In this document: in pieces, positions 18,401-26,270 of the stretch | Layout: each line of letters starts with the position of its first letter | Numbering within the stretch: position 1 is the stretch's first letter | NCBI GenBank assembly: GCA_002431905.1 | Contig: DJER01000007.1 | Location: 15,019 to 79,018 of the forward strand | Source: Christensenella sp. UBA5893 | Lineage (GTDB): Bacteria > Bacillota > Clostridia > Christensenellales > UBA1242 | Reading direction: 5' to 3' | DNA: 64,000 nt | Position numbers and translations under genes: made by a program | The notes under the pieces: model-generated | What the model was told of the DNA's origin: nothing | Seen by the model: only the letters and a program-made list of their open reading frames with translations | Database searches by the model: none

Positions 18401-19941
18401 GCGTTGAATATAGATTTTGATTGTTCATCCTTTTTGATTAAGACATCTTTGTTTGTAAATGAACCGTCGTTTAAAGTTTGTTTGTTTTCTTCTTCGTTTG
18501 TTTCAATTGAAATTTTTGTTGTTGATTTTGTAATTTCAAAAACAAACCATTGGCTTCTTAATTTTTCGGTTGAATCATTTGAAATATTTGAAGGTGTACA
18601 AACTTCATCAGCACCAATAATTGTTGGGGTATACTTGTAGACAACATTAACAAGATATATTCCTGCCTTTGTTAATGGGGAATTGTCATATTCAACTCTT
18701 GAATTGTTGGCAATTGAATAAGTGTTTGTGTCTTTGTCAAGATCAAGCATATAGTAAGCACTTTGTGTGTCAACTATGTCAGAATTATCATTGTTGAATA
18801 TTTCAACATTATACTTAAATTGAACAGGTGATTGATTTGTTTCTTGAATTGTAATTTCGTTGTTGTTTAATTTTGTAAGAATGTTTTGAATGTTATCGTC
18901 TTGTGTGTCGTTTAAAGTTGCATTAAATTTTGAAAATAGGTAAGAGATATCTGTTACTTCTTCTTGAATTGCACCATTGTTATCAATATTTTTAAACTCT
19001 TTTAAAAGGCTTGTTTCAATGTCTGAATAATAAAGTTGATATCCAAATATTTCCAAAAGGTCAATATGTTTTGTATTTGCATTTTGAGATGATTTTTCAA
19101 TAGTTTCAACTGTGCTGCCATATGTGTAAATAAAATTGTAAGAGATTGTGTATGTCCCCAAATCATTAAATGTTACATAAAGGAAATCATTTTCTGGACT
19201 TGTGTAAAAATAAACTATATTATTGTCTGTTTGAATATTTGTTCCATCAAACCAAATTCTTTGAGTTGTTGCATTCTTTTGGAAAGTTTTGGTTATTGTC
19301 AAATTTATATTTTTGTAATTAACTGCAAGTTTTGGCAAAACTTTTGAGTCATAGTTAAATTGAAAAATATTGTCATATGGCATAACAAGTGATTTGTCAA
19401 CTTTGTGACAGTTGTCGTAAATGGCATTGACAGTTGTTCCACTATAGTAATCACTATTTTTTAAAGCATAGAATGAATAGGTTATTGTTTTGTTTGATGA
19501 CTCGCCATTTTCACTTACAATATAATTGATTCTTATTTCGTATTTCCCATAAGGTGCAGTTTTGTCGGCATCGTTAAAGGTTAGTGATAAAGTAAGTTTT
19601 TTCATCCCGTCATGTGAGTAGTCAATTGAGTACTTGCTTGTGATATCCGAGTTTATACTTTGACCATTATAAGTTATGTACGGATTGATAAAATCAATTT
19701 CTTTTGTTGAAGATGATGACATCACTGCTTTAATTGTGTCACTTGGTGTTATGTACGCAACTGCTCCGTCTTGAATAATTGTTCCCGGATCGGTTGATGA
19801 TGTGTACTGTTTTACTGTGAATATATCTGAAAAATCTTCAGCATAAGCATTGCCACTAAAATTAAGGCAAAATATACTGCAAAAACATAAAGTTATTGCA
19901 AGAAAAATAAATGTTAAATATTTTTTATTTATTATTTTCAT
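12484..19941 (-). CDS. Giant (2485 aa) membrane-anchored surface protein, putative adhesin
   Basis: Uninterrupted 7.4-kb ORF. Signal peptide ends ...FSGNAYA/EDF. Single C-terminal TM helix (SIIVIVVACVVVVGLTLTFVLL) followed by RKKMKIR. No LPXTG. N/T/Y/S/I-rich, beta-type composition. Confidence 0.85.
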   Translation of the reverse strand: MKIINKKYLTFIFLAITLCFCSIFCLNFSGNAYAEDFSDIFTVKQYTSSTDPGTIIQDGAVAYITPSDTIKAVMSSSSTKEIDFINPYITYNGQSINSDITSKYSIDYSHDGMKKLTLSLTFNDADKTAPYGKYEIRINYIVSENGESSNKTITYSFYALKNSDYYSGTTVNAIYDNCHKVDKSLVMPYDNIFQFNYDSKVLPKLAVNYKNINLTITKTFQKNATTQRIWFDGTNIQTDNNIVYFYTSPENDFLYVTFNDLGTYTISYNFIYTYGSTVETIEKSSQNANTKHIDLLEIFGYQLYYSDIETSLLKEFKNIDNNGAIQEEVTDISYLFSKFNATLNDTQDDNIQNILTKLNNNEITIQETNQSPVQFKYNVEIFNNDNSDIVDTQSAYYMLDLDKDTNTYSIANNSRVEYDNSPLTKAGIYLVNVVYKYTPTIIGADEVCTPSNISNDSTEKLRSQWFVFEITKSTTKISIETNEEENKQTLNDGSFTNKDVLIKKDEQSKSIFNAKTRLVVSTQENFAGNYIDTEITSNDGQVFSSNGNYIVTMYFGKNLNRSYSSTFTIDKEEIDNIQIFSVNIQDNNTTYLRNKQIDFMTNQSVIVSWNNKTSGSVISAQYKYFPISLNSSYSFSDDLCKKYYNKDYSILSNYEINLEDSEYTPVDYSNAQMYTQSIPSSAVLSQNGLYVFKLLDSAGNEKYFAFVVDKTPSIVLQQIDGTFVDPTELNIVSSDVDIMFGQYKVIKLKNLKQSVPFANNDSWLDKILNNTEIYNSHFKLLQINTFDDVYISVKNNAKVLMSEQENTKFIDNNILNKFSIHIPFEDGKDITFYTQDELCNNGYFTEEEYLKTHSNIFRVKLSSDASQTNLIYKTKDQKNTSLYLSSFNHVDNVSSTKNQYYIPTTANTLANSNEILTLEFLPVPESGVLEVESVEYTFTPFSPSKKVDEQNSLNYTYSYVFDNSATVNGIIYSKLDPTKTLAKQNGDKYSWEINLEYNNITGSKQTKSGKYVITRKYAQTSQLNDKLAEKKDYITRTFTFIIDRNGIITNPVVTDSSSQNMYSYVGEAIKIQVLENENDKMFFNDIYLAKIANDKNSPILQTNKLPVFVYIPVYTYGYAYTNGGTFNLEDSIAYYDTNDKLNSLISSYNLSAEIKYSYEQSSLEQSTEIYKGYSDNGDGYLKFSGITSTSGRAFTKVGYYKVTIKQGLPQYGQNEFSYIFSIESGAPDFKVTSLDGTELAKGSSGDYYTNNENVKLEWEDPVNKFRAKINKNEIYYSINGGTQVKVSSNQINTSENVNTVNISLNDIGGYKDGNSIQFFMQFEGDQKDYQEGSFKKTCTLVIDTKAPDKNLNKLVSLSGIDSSLLRTVETKYNTSTVSGLYKYYAFPVDKSQLERVFDFTSYDNGDTYSMYYRVFENNNGENTKYNNIYSQETLPSDFENSKIGFTSINDIENDLLTNDSLINKYIEIVEVDLAGNITIYTIYLTNLKASSSTTAITFTQNNRDEKQNISYDNLSSNITINAKSAFALDSVNIANFAWSIIKIGNQTFLKTPYSNNVYYDLAKYNPIDISTSEITLKKLSTLSASNQKQSITLGLVPLYDTITLTVSVLNTSLTVFHTSETSTYASQEGILIKIPSTSSVQDATIYAIEVRILEYVKEDNTYRQNALYEKRDEIYFASAGQTLVSPAGITTTYVNYLGNTYMKIVATEPKANIFYKYIILDNFGDTTEFTNIYGNEKVDKELNSSVDLVEKYEDGVKYYYSTKDIIFKYNSAKDRIILNVGSSYDTRSFDLSVDGKITEFNNSGYGQIILPQKGSNSNVYTIILKAPAKDLANSVFGSEIRFTIKKFIAVEEISQGRSYDTLNLIIYNKVPEFTLLGTSNQNLNELFNKGSMYGNAIKITFKQTNAKILCDVYLLHSDDSLEAISSGKIVNEPNTYKLVVKYTNIFTNQMYDEYFEFTISNNDFEYYKVVYTIDGINYYAQKTGNKYSYQDGNTTYEITNHYIINTKDYDIIYNTEQGYVEDGEPVLYVTNNIETYIHTIKSNNESSKLERKIAVSIIPQTNDILRNFSYYENEGTPAQLTGTEKRFVVTKEENNISGKRISWQSYYGIAENLVNVEITYGDSQTPYTPTLTTENDITSLVLSNSGIYQLVFKDMAGNVHLFETKAFYTINYLKTVIFTINDQSPINNAVYNDNVVVKIPSYTTRYYDQSAQPRLHALKNGEEYSPEKDIYQKTFTFSDPGLYKIWFSAGVTDSGKTMEINEQPIYFLIINKNESRYAFDFSEYENYYVKQILQNEVDVTEKLTNENMGTVIYKNNKPYLKNFNFSVVDALTGKGQYTVTIATGNEFNQEFTFSFWLNNKTPSIQVSIGENEETTDTIKVLFNTANLIEDVGDCVLKITGQKDLHLNSSALADNKIKSTYEIELTEKGTYFIQLYSESGKLLYSYRVVKNEPLNAVSIIVIVVACVVVVGLTLTFVLLRKKMKIR

Positions 19942-20142
19942 AGAGTCACCCCATTATTCAACAATATATTAACACATTTTGTCTTTTATTTCCAAATATA
20001 TTGTGCATATTTATTAAATAAATATTAAATACATTTAATATAATAAAAAAAATAATACAATGGAAAGGCAAAAATAAAATGAAATAAAAAAATATTCCCA
20101 ATCAAATTATAGGAATACTTTTTAATTAAATTAAATATTTTA

Positions 20143-22119
20143 TTAAAAATCAAAATCATCAAATACATTAGATTTCTTAAACACTTTTGCATTTCTTGCT
20201 TTTATATCATAGAATATTGCCATTTCATCAAGGTGTCTGCTTGGAGCATATTCTTCGCTCGCTTTTCTTTGGTCAAGAACAGGGTTTCTAAAGTATTGTG
20301 TCATTTGTGTTTTTATTGCAGGTTGTCCATAAATTTTTACAATGTTTACGTCAAAAGGTAATTGACCAAGTTCGTATGGTTCAATAAGTGGACGAGTGAC
20401 AATTTGAGTTGAAATTGTTTTGCTAGAATCTCTGTCATTTTTCTCACTTTGGTTTATGGATGTGTTTTGAGTTTTAAGTGTAACTTCACCACAAATCTTT
20501 GAAAATTCTTCTCTTGTCTTTTGGTCTTCTGTTCCAATAAATATTTGGATGTTGCAGTTTCCTTTGATTGTGTCGGCAACTTCTTTTGTATACTTGTTGT
20601 CAAGTTGGCTGTAAGACTGTATGGCAAGTTCAAAGAAAATTCTTCTTGAACGGGCAACCGTAATAATTGTGTCCATTTTTTCAATCTTTGGCAAGTTTGC
20701 AAATTCATCAAGCAAGAAGTATACAGGTCTTTGGAGTTGAAGGTTTGGTCTTGCGCTTGCTGTGTTAATCAAAGTTTTATACATTTGCGAAATGCACATT
20801 GTTGCAATTGAGTGTCTACTTTCTTTTTCGTCAGGGACTTTAATAAATAGGACTGTTGGTTTGTCAGTGAAGTCTGCAAATGAAACATCAGTTGCACTTG
20901 TACAATAACAAATACCCATATCTTGGAACACTGCAATCTTTGGTTGCAAAACACCAAGATAGCTTCGGGTGGTGTTTGGTGCATTGTTTACAACAGTGCT
21001 TGTTAGGGCAGGGACTTTGCTTAAAACATCTCTCCCTGATGTGTATTGTTTTAATGTTTTCATCATATCGTCACCATCGACATCACGATATGTTGCAATT
21101 TTTACAAGGTTATAGAAGTTGAATTTTTCTCTTGTCATCCCAAGTTCTGGATTTAAACTGTCTTCAAGCATTGCAAGCATAAGTCCATACAAGAAATCTT
21201 GTGCACCACGTTCCCAGCCTTGATCGGTCTTGCTCTCGACCGTAACAATTGTGCTGGCAATTTCACGAAGTTCGTTTTCTGCTTCATTAATCAAAAATTG
21301 CTTTTTTGCTTCAAGGTCTTGCATAAGAGCTTCTTTTGTTGGATATGCAATTTTTTCAAAACCATACCATGTGTCGGTGTATTCTTTTGCAATTTCCTTA
21401 TATCCGCCAACATCTTTTGGTTTTGCACCTTTGTATACTTTTACTTCATCCTCAAGGTGATGTGCTCTTTGGTACATCATAAAGGAGTTGTCCATTGGGT
21501 TCCATCTTGTTGAAGAATATGGATTCCTTAGGTCGATAACAATAATTCTATATCCTTCTTCACGAAGTTGAATTGAGTGGTTGTTGTAAAGTTCGCCCTT
21601 TGGGTCGGTGATAACCATACAAGGCTTTTCGGCACTATGAGCATAAACTCTTATTGCTGGGTCAAGAACGAATGTTGTTTTACCTGAACCGGTTGTACCA
21701 ATAATAAGAGTGTGAATAGGGTTGTACATATTAATATGCATAACACCATTTTTGTACAAACTTCTTATCATAACACCAGTCTTTTTTACCTTTGGAAGTT
21801 GCTTCCATGTTGTTGGCATAAACACTGGGTTTGTAAGCAATTCTTCTTCGCTGACAAATCTTGCTTCATAGTGTTGATTCATTTCACTGCCACTTGCAGT
21901 TTTTCCGGTGTATCCACCTTTTTCATCTGTATAGAATCTGTTTGTTGAAACAAGGTAAGCGAGAACTGCCAAAAGTCCACAACCCAAAATAACAAGAGTT
22001 GTTGTGCTTGTTAGCACTTCGGGGAATGTTGGATTATCTTTAATAATAAAAGAAACAACAACTCCAACAATATAGATTATTACAAGTGCAATAAAAGAAT
22101 TTTTAAATTTCTTTTTCAT
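20143..22119 (-). CDS. Type IV secretion coupling protein (VirD4/TraG/TraD family ATPase)
   Basis: Start set at MKKKFKN behind GGAGG. Two N-terminal TM helices. Walker A IIGTTGSGKTT, ITDPKGELY, Walker B YFLLDEFANLPKI, and RSRRIFFELAIQSYSQL. Confidence 0.85.
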   Translation of the reverse strand: MKKKFKNSFIALVIIYIVGVVVSFIIKDNPTFPEVLTSTTTLVILGCGLLAVLAYLVSTNRFYTDEKGGYTGKTASGSEMNQHYEARFVSEEELLTNPVFMPTTWKQLPKVKKTGVMIRSLYKNGVMHINMYNPIHTLIIGTTGSGKTTFVLDPAIRVYAHSAEKPCMVITDPKGELYNNHSIQLREEGYRIIVIDLRNPYSSTRWNPMDNSFMMYQRAHHLEDEVKVYKGAKPKDVGGYKEIAKEYTDTWYGFEKIAYPTKEALMQDLEAKKQFLINEAENELREIASTIVTVESKTDQGWERGAQDFLYGLMLAMLEDSLNPELGMTREKFNFYNLVKIATYRDVDGDDMMKTLKQYTSGRDVLSKVPALTSTVVNNAPNTTRSYLGVLQPKIAVFQDMGICYCTSATDVSFADFTDKPTVLFIKVPDEKESRHSIATMCISQMYKTLINTASARPNLQLQRPVYFLLDEFANLPKIEKMDTIITVARSRRIFFELAIQSYSQLDNKYTKEVADTIKGNCNIQIFIGTEDQKTREEFSKICGEVTLKTQNTSINQSEKNDRDSSKTISTQIVTRPLIEPYELGQLPFDVNIVKIYGQPAIKTQMTQYFRNPVLDQRKASEEYAPSRHLDEMAIFYDIKARNAKVFKKSNVFDDFDF

Positions 22120-22433
22120 TTTTCCTCCAAAATATATTGATATCATTTTATATTAAAAATATTACTATGTCAAACTATTTAACACTTGCAAATATTTTTT
22201 ATACTTGGAATATTTAATTTCTAAAAAAAATATTTCAAAAAATGTTTAGGCATAAATAAAAGATACAATTGTTGAACATAATAGATTTGTTAAAGGTGGG
22301 TGAAAAACTAAATTTGAATATTTTAATTTGATAATGAAAGTGGAAAATATGACAAAAATCGCATAACTAATTATCTGCGAAATAACCAATTTATAAATTT
22401 TATAAAAAAATTGAAAAAAAATTAAAAAATTGT

Positions 22434-22462
22434 TTGGCAAATACAAAAATATATGATACTAT
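22434..22462 (+). promoter_or_regulatory. Putative promoter TTGGCA-17 nt-TACTAT
   Basis: Hexamers with 17-nt spacing, 77 nt upstream of the 22539 start. Confidence 0.4.
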
Positions 22463-22538
22463 TAAATCGTAAAATAAATTGCAAAGCGAATAATTATTTT
22501 ATTTAATGCAAATAAATAATTAAATTTAGGAGGGAATT

Positions 22539-22904
22539 ATGAATTTATTTTTAACAAAGCTTACTACATATATGCTTGGATTTGGGAAGTCTGCAAAATT
22601 GGCAAAAGAATTAGATCCAAAATGGCAATGGGTAAACAACATCACAAGTGCAGTAGATTCTGTTTTGTGGCCATTACTTATTGTTGTTGGTGCTGCAGGC
22701 ACAATTTATGCTGTTGTTCTTGGCGTTAATATGGCAAGAGCAGATTCAACAGAAAAACGTGAAGAAGCAAAGAAAAGACTTATCAATGTTATTATTGGTA
22801 TTGCAATCACAATTGCACTCATCTTATTCTTCAAGTTGCTCACAAGCACAATTATCCCATCACTTCTTCCAGATGTAGCTGGCGATGGCACAGAAGGTGC
22901 TTAA
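22539..22904 (+). CDS. TrbC/VirB2-like pilin-type small membrane protein
   Basis: 121 aa. Two hydrophobic helices (WPLLIVVGAAGTIYAVVLGV and VIIGIAITIALILFF) separated by the polar loop NMARADSTEKREEAKKRL. AGGAGGG RBS. The assignment is by topology and size only. Confidence 0.5.
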   Translation: MNLFLTKLTTYMLGFGKSAKLAKELDPKWQWVNNITSAVDSVLWPLLIVVGAAGTIYAVVLGVNMARADSTEKREEAKKRLINVIIGIAITIALILFFKLLTSTIIPSLLPDVAGDGTEGA

Positions 22905-22935
22905 TAGTTGATAATTTCCAATTAAATAAAAATTT

Positions 22936-22966
22936 AGGCTCGACATATGTCGGGCTTTATTTTTTT
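22936..22966 (+). terminator. Intrinsic terminator after the pilin-like gene
   Basis: AGGCTCGAC/GTCGGGCTT stem (two G-U pairs) followed by a T-run. Confidence 0.65.
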
Positions 22967-23101
22967 GAACCAAATGTTTACATTCTAACTAAATATTTTT
23001 CTTATTAGTAATAAAAAAATAAAGAAAACTATGTACAACTTCAATTTTATTTGTTATAATAAATACAAATAGTAGAAAAATATTATAGGGGAGGCAAAAC
23101 A

Positions 23102-25414
23102 TTGAAATTATTATTGGATACCATAATTAGTGGTGATATATTTAGTTTCATTCCACAATGTTTGTACTATGTATGTGCATCATGTTTGCAAGTAATTGAT
23201 TTTGCTCAATTGCTTTTTAGAAAAATTATTGGACTTGATACATACTCCTACGGTGGAACTGTTGCTGTAAATCCGGTTGATTTTGGCGATGGCTCAAGTG
23301 GTGATCTTGTTTTACAGATTTTGCAAAAGATTTTCTTAAATGAAGATTTCCAAGTCCTTAAAACTGCATTTATAAGTATGATGATTCTTGGGGCGATAAT
23401 TTTGGTTATCACAAGCATCACTGCAATAATAAGAGTTGAATATAATCCAAACAAAAAAGCTGATGGCAAAAAAGATTGGGGTAAAGGTGGAATTATTTGG
23501 AATATGATAAAAGCGATAATTGCTTTCTTTGCTATTCCTGTAATGTGCTACTTTGGTGTGTTTATTGGGAATATCGCTTTGTATGGTTTAGATCAAGCAA
23601 CTGCGCCAAATAATGTTAATATCGAATCTATGGATGAGTCAGTTTTAAAATACATACAACCAAGTGTAACCACTGACGGTACAAAAGTTGTTTCCTATGA
23701 TTATTATATTTTCTGGGGGCAAAAAGCTGCATCAAAATTTACTCCAATGTCGGGTACTGCAATAAGGTTTAGTTTATATTCTGCAAACAAGGCAAGGCTT
23801 GATAGTTCATTCTATAATACTTTGATGCAAGAAGATACAGCCGAGGGTGCAACGATAAACTTTGGTATCTTTAATAAATATGACAATGCAGACAAAGCAG
23901 CAAATGCAATTGACACAATGTTTATGTTAAATGCAAAACTAAAAAATCCACAACAAATAAACACTGAATATCAAGACAGTTCCGCATTCAAGCATAGTGG
24001 AGTGGTTGAATATTTTGATAGATATGATGTTGGTCTAGTTAGTTACTATTATAATTTGTGGTACTTTAACTGGCCTGTTGCAATTGCTTTCATTTTTATT
24101 GCAGGAAAGGTTTTCCTTGGTTTAATTTTTGGTGTAATTGGCAGAGTTTATATGGTCTTTGGGTTATTGCTCACAAGTCCACTTGCTGCATCAATGTGGC
24201 CAACAGATGGCGGCTCAGCAGTAGGTGCTTGTCGTAAAAAATTGATTGCAACCATCGCTGGGGCATATTCCACAATTGTTGCAATAAACCTATTTTATTT
24301 AATATATCCGGTAATAAGTTCGTTCTCATTCTTTGGTAATACAGCAAATAAAATTTTTGGCGTAGCAGATTATTTATTCCAATTATTCTTCTTGATTGCT
24401 GGGTTACTTACAATAAAAAAATTGGATGGCGTTGTTGCAGGTTTTATCTCTGGAGAAAGTATTCTTTCTTCAGGTGAGGGTATTCAAAAAGATGTTTTTG
24501 ATACAGGAAATAAGATTTTGGGTACAGCAACAAAAGCTGCAATGGCAGGGGTTGGAGCAACGAAATTATTAGCATCGCCAATAACAGCAGGTGTTGGTGC
24601 GGCACATAACTACAACAAGATGCGTCGTGCTAGAAATAAATTTGAAAACACAAAAGGTGGCGAAGTTGGACAAAAGGCATCAAAAAGTGATGATGATATA
24701 AATAGTGGTGTTTTGGGTTCGATGAGAAACACAGATGCCTACAAAAATGAATTTAACAAAGAATACGACGAATCAATCCATAATCACTATGAAGATTACA
24801 AGACTTCTGGTGGAACATTAAGCGAACAAGACTGGAAGGATGTTGAAGCAGATGGCTCTGCATTAAAGGCAGAAGAAGAATGGAATAACACCGTTGATAA
24901 AAATACCTTTAAGGATGAAAGTGGACGCTTTAATGTTTCTGCATATAATAAAGCCAAAAGCGACTTTATGAAACAAAAATATGACGAAAGCGGACTAGAT
25001 AGCAAGGGCGATTACAAACATTGGATGGATGTTGCAAACAAACGAAAAGCTGAAATTAAAAATGCAACAGGAAAAGATGATAAAACTTGGAATGGCATTG
25101 TAAATGGAACATATAATTCTGCAATCAAGGAATCACAAATTGCCGCTCAAAAGGAAGTTGACAAAAAGGTTTCACAAATTCTGAAAGAAGGTAAAGGCGA
25201 AGGCGAACTTGCTGAACAATCGCTAAAACAACAAAAGGCTGCTCAAGCAGAAAGAGAACAAGCAAAACAAGAACTTATGGCTGCAGAAGATAAGTTTAGA
25301 AAACAACAAAAACAATATGAAAACAGCCCAACATACGGACAAAGATTAAAACGTAATGCAGGCAATGGCGCTGGCCTTATTGGGAAAGTGTTTACAGCAG
25401 AGCCCAAAAAATAA
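23102..25414 (+). CDS. Polytopic membrane protein with long K/E-rich C-terminal tail (VirB6/TrbL-like position and topology)
   Basis: TTG start behind GGGGAGG. At least 6 hydrophobic helices in residues ~90-450, then ~300 hydrophilic residues with coiled-coil-like segments (AEQSLKQQKAAQAEREQAKQELMAAEDKFRKQQ). Confidence 0.4.
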   Translation: MKLLLDTIISGDIFSFIPQCLYYVCASCLQVIDFAQLLFRKIIGLDTYSYGGTVAVNPVDFGDGSSGDLVLQILQKIFLNEDFQVLKTAFISMMILGAIILVITSITAIIRVEYNPNKKADGKKDWGKGGIIWNMIKAIIAFFAIPVMCYFGVFIGNIALYGLDQATAPNNVNIESMDESVLKYIQPSVTTDGTKVVSYDYYIFWGQKAASKFTPMSGTAIRFSLYSANKARLDSSFYNTLMQEDTAEGATINFGIFNKYDNADKAANAIDTMFMLNAKLKNPQQINTEYQDSSAFKHSGVVEYFDRYDVGLVSYYYNLWYFNWPVAIAFIFIAGKVFLGLIFGVIGRVYMVFGLLLTSPLAASMWPTDGGSAVGACRKKLIATIAGAYSTIVAINLFYLIYPVISSFSFFGNTANKIFGVADYLFQLFFLIAGLLTIKKLDGVVAGFISGESILSSGEGIQKDVFDTGNKILGTATKAAMAGVGATKLLASPITAGVGAAHNYNKMRRARNKFENTKGGEVGQKASKSDDDINSGVLGSMRNTDAYKNEFNKEYDESIHNHYEDYKTSGGTLSEQDWKDVEADGSALKAEEEWNNTVDKNTFKDESGRFNVSAYNKAKSDFMKQKYDESGLDSKGDYKHWMDVANKRKAEIKNATGKDDKTWNGIVNGTYNSAIKESQIAAQKEVDKKVSQILKEGKGEGELAEQSLKQQKAAQAEREQAKQELMAAEDKFRKQQKQYENSPTYGQRLKRNAGNGAGLIGKVFTAEPKK

Positions 25415-25426
25415 TTATAAATAATA

Positions 25427-25456
25427 AAAGCAAAGTTTATTACTTTGCTTTTTTTA
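25427..25456. terminator. Bidirectional terminator
   Basis: AAAGCAAAGT/ACTTTGCTTT 10-bp stem followed by a T-run. Confidence 0.8.
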
Positions 25457-25463
25457 TACATAT

Positions 25464-26165
25464 TTAATATACGCTATAGAACAACTCATTAAGTTTGTCG
25501 TGTTGCTTTGCAAGAAGTACCAATTTTGAAGTCAAAATTTGATTTTGTTTTAATATAAGCTCGTTGTTTTTGCCTATTATGTCTTTTGATAACCTTTTGC
25601 CAATCAAAACATCACTGTTTACTGTTATTTTTGTTGGCATAAGTTTTTTTGTATCTTGCAATGGTTCTTGAACTTTCATCATAGTAACAGTTAAATTATT
25701 CAATATGTTGTTATCTGTATGTGTTCTTTTGGGTCTAAAAGATGAAATTTTTACATTATTGCCAAGAACAAAATTGTTTGAGATAAATATAAGTGATTTT
25801 GGGTCAACTTTCTTACTTTGGTTTGTTTCAAAATTCTCAACTTTAAACTTGTCGTCAAATTCAACATCACTAATATTTCCGTAGTTAACACCAATTGTGT
25901 CTACAACCAATTTGCCAAGTGGCGACAAAGGTTTGTCCAAAATAATCTCTGGCGATAGAAGTAATGTGTTTTTTATTGTGACAAAATCATTTATAGCATA
26001 AATATTTTTACGTTTCAAAAAGTATTCGTTTTCTTCTTGGTCAAAAAAGTATATACCTAATATTTTTGTGTATTTGTCATCAAATGCAACATCGTGAATT
26101 GTTCCAAGGACATTTGCGTCATAAACACAAAAAACTTGTTTTCCAATTAGATTTGATAGTTTCAT
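25464..26165 (-). CDS. PRC-barrel domain protein
   Basis: Start moved to MKLSNLIGKQVF behind GGAGGA. LIGKQVFCVYDANVLGTIHDVAFDD is a PRC-barrel-like motif. The longer track ORF lacks an RBS. Confidence 0.6.
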   Translation of the reverse strand: MKLSNLIGKQVFCVYDANVLGTIHDVAFDDKYTKILGIYFFDQEENEYFLKRKNIYAINDFVTIKNTLLLSPEIILDKPLSPLGKLVVDTIGVNYGNISDVEFDDKFKVENFETNQSKKVDPKSLIFISNNFVLGNNVKISSFRPKRTHTDNNILNNLTVTMMKVQEPLQDTKKLMPTKITVNSDVLIGKRLSKDIIGKNNELILKQNQILTSKLVLLAKQHDKLNELFYSVY

Positions 26166-26270
26166 ATATCCTCCATAATTATGTTTATTTTGACTTTTTG
26201 CATAATATGATACAAATTTAACTTTGATTGAATATTTGCATAAATAATAAAAATGTGCTAACATAAAACT

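Noticed and set aside
13127-18640. Short ORFs on either strand within the giant gene (13127..13309, 15588..15839, 16509..16721, 18404..18640)
   Set aside because: They are fully embedded in the 7.4-kb coding frame and have no RBS. Such ORFs are expected by chance in AT-rich DNA.
20143-25414. A complete conjugative element or ICE
   Set aside because: No VirB4-type ATPase, relaxase, VirB8/VirB1-like hydrolase, integrase or flanking repeats are visible. The flanks are housekeeping genes. It is reported instead as an orphan module.
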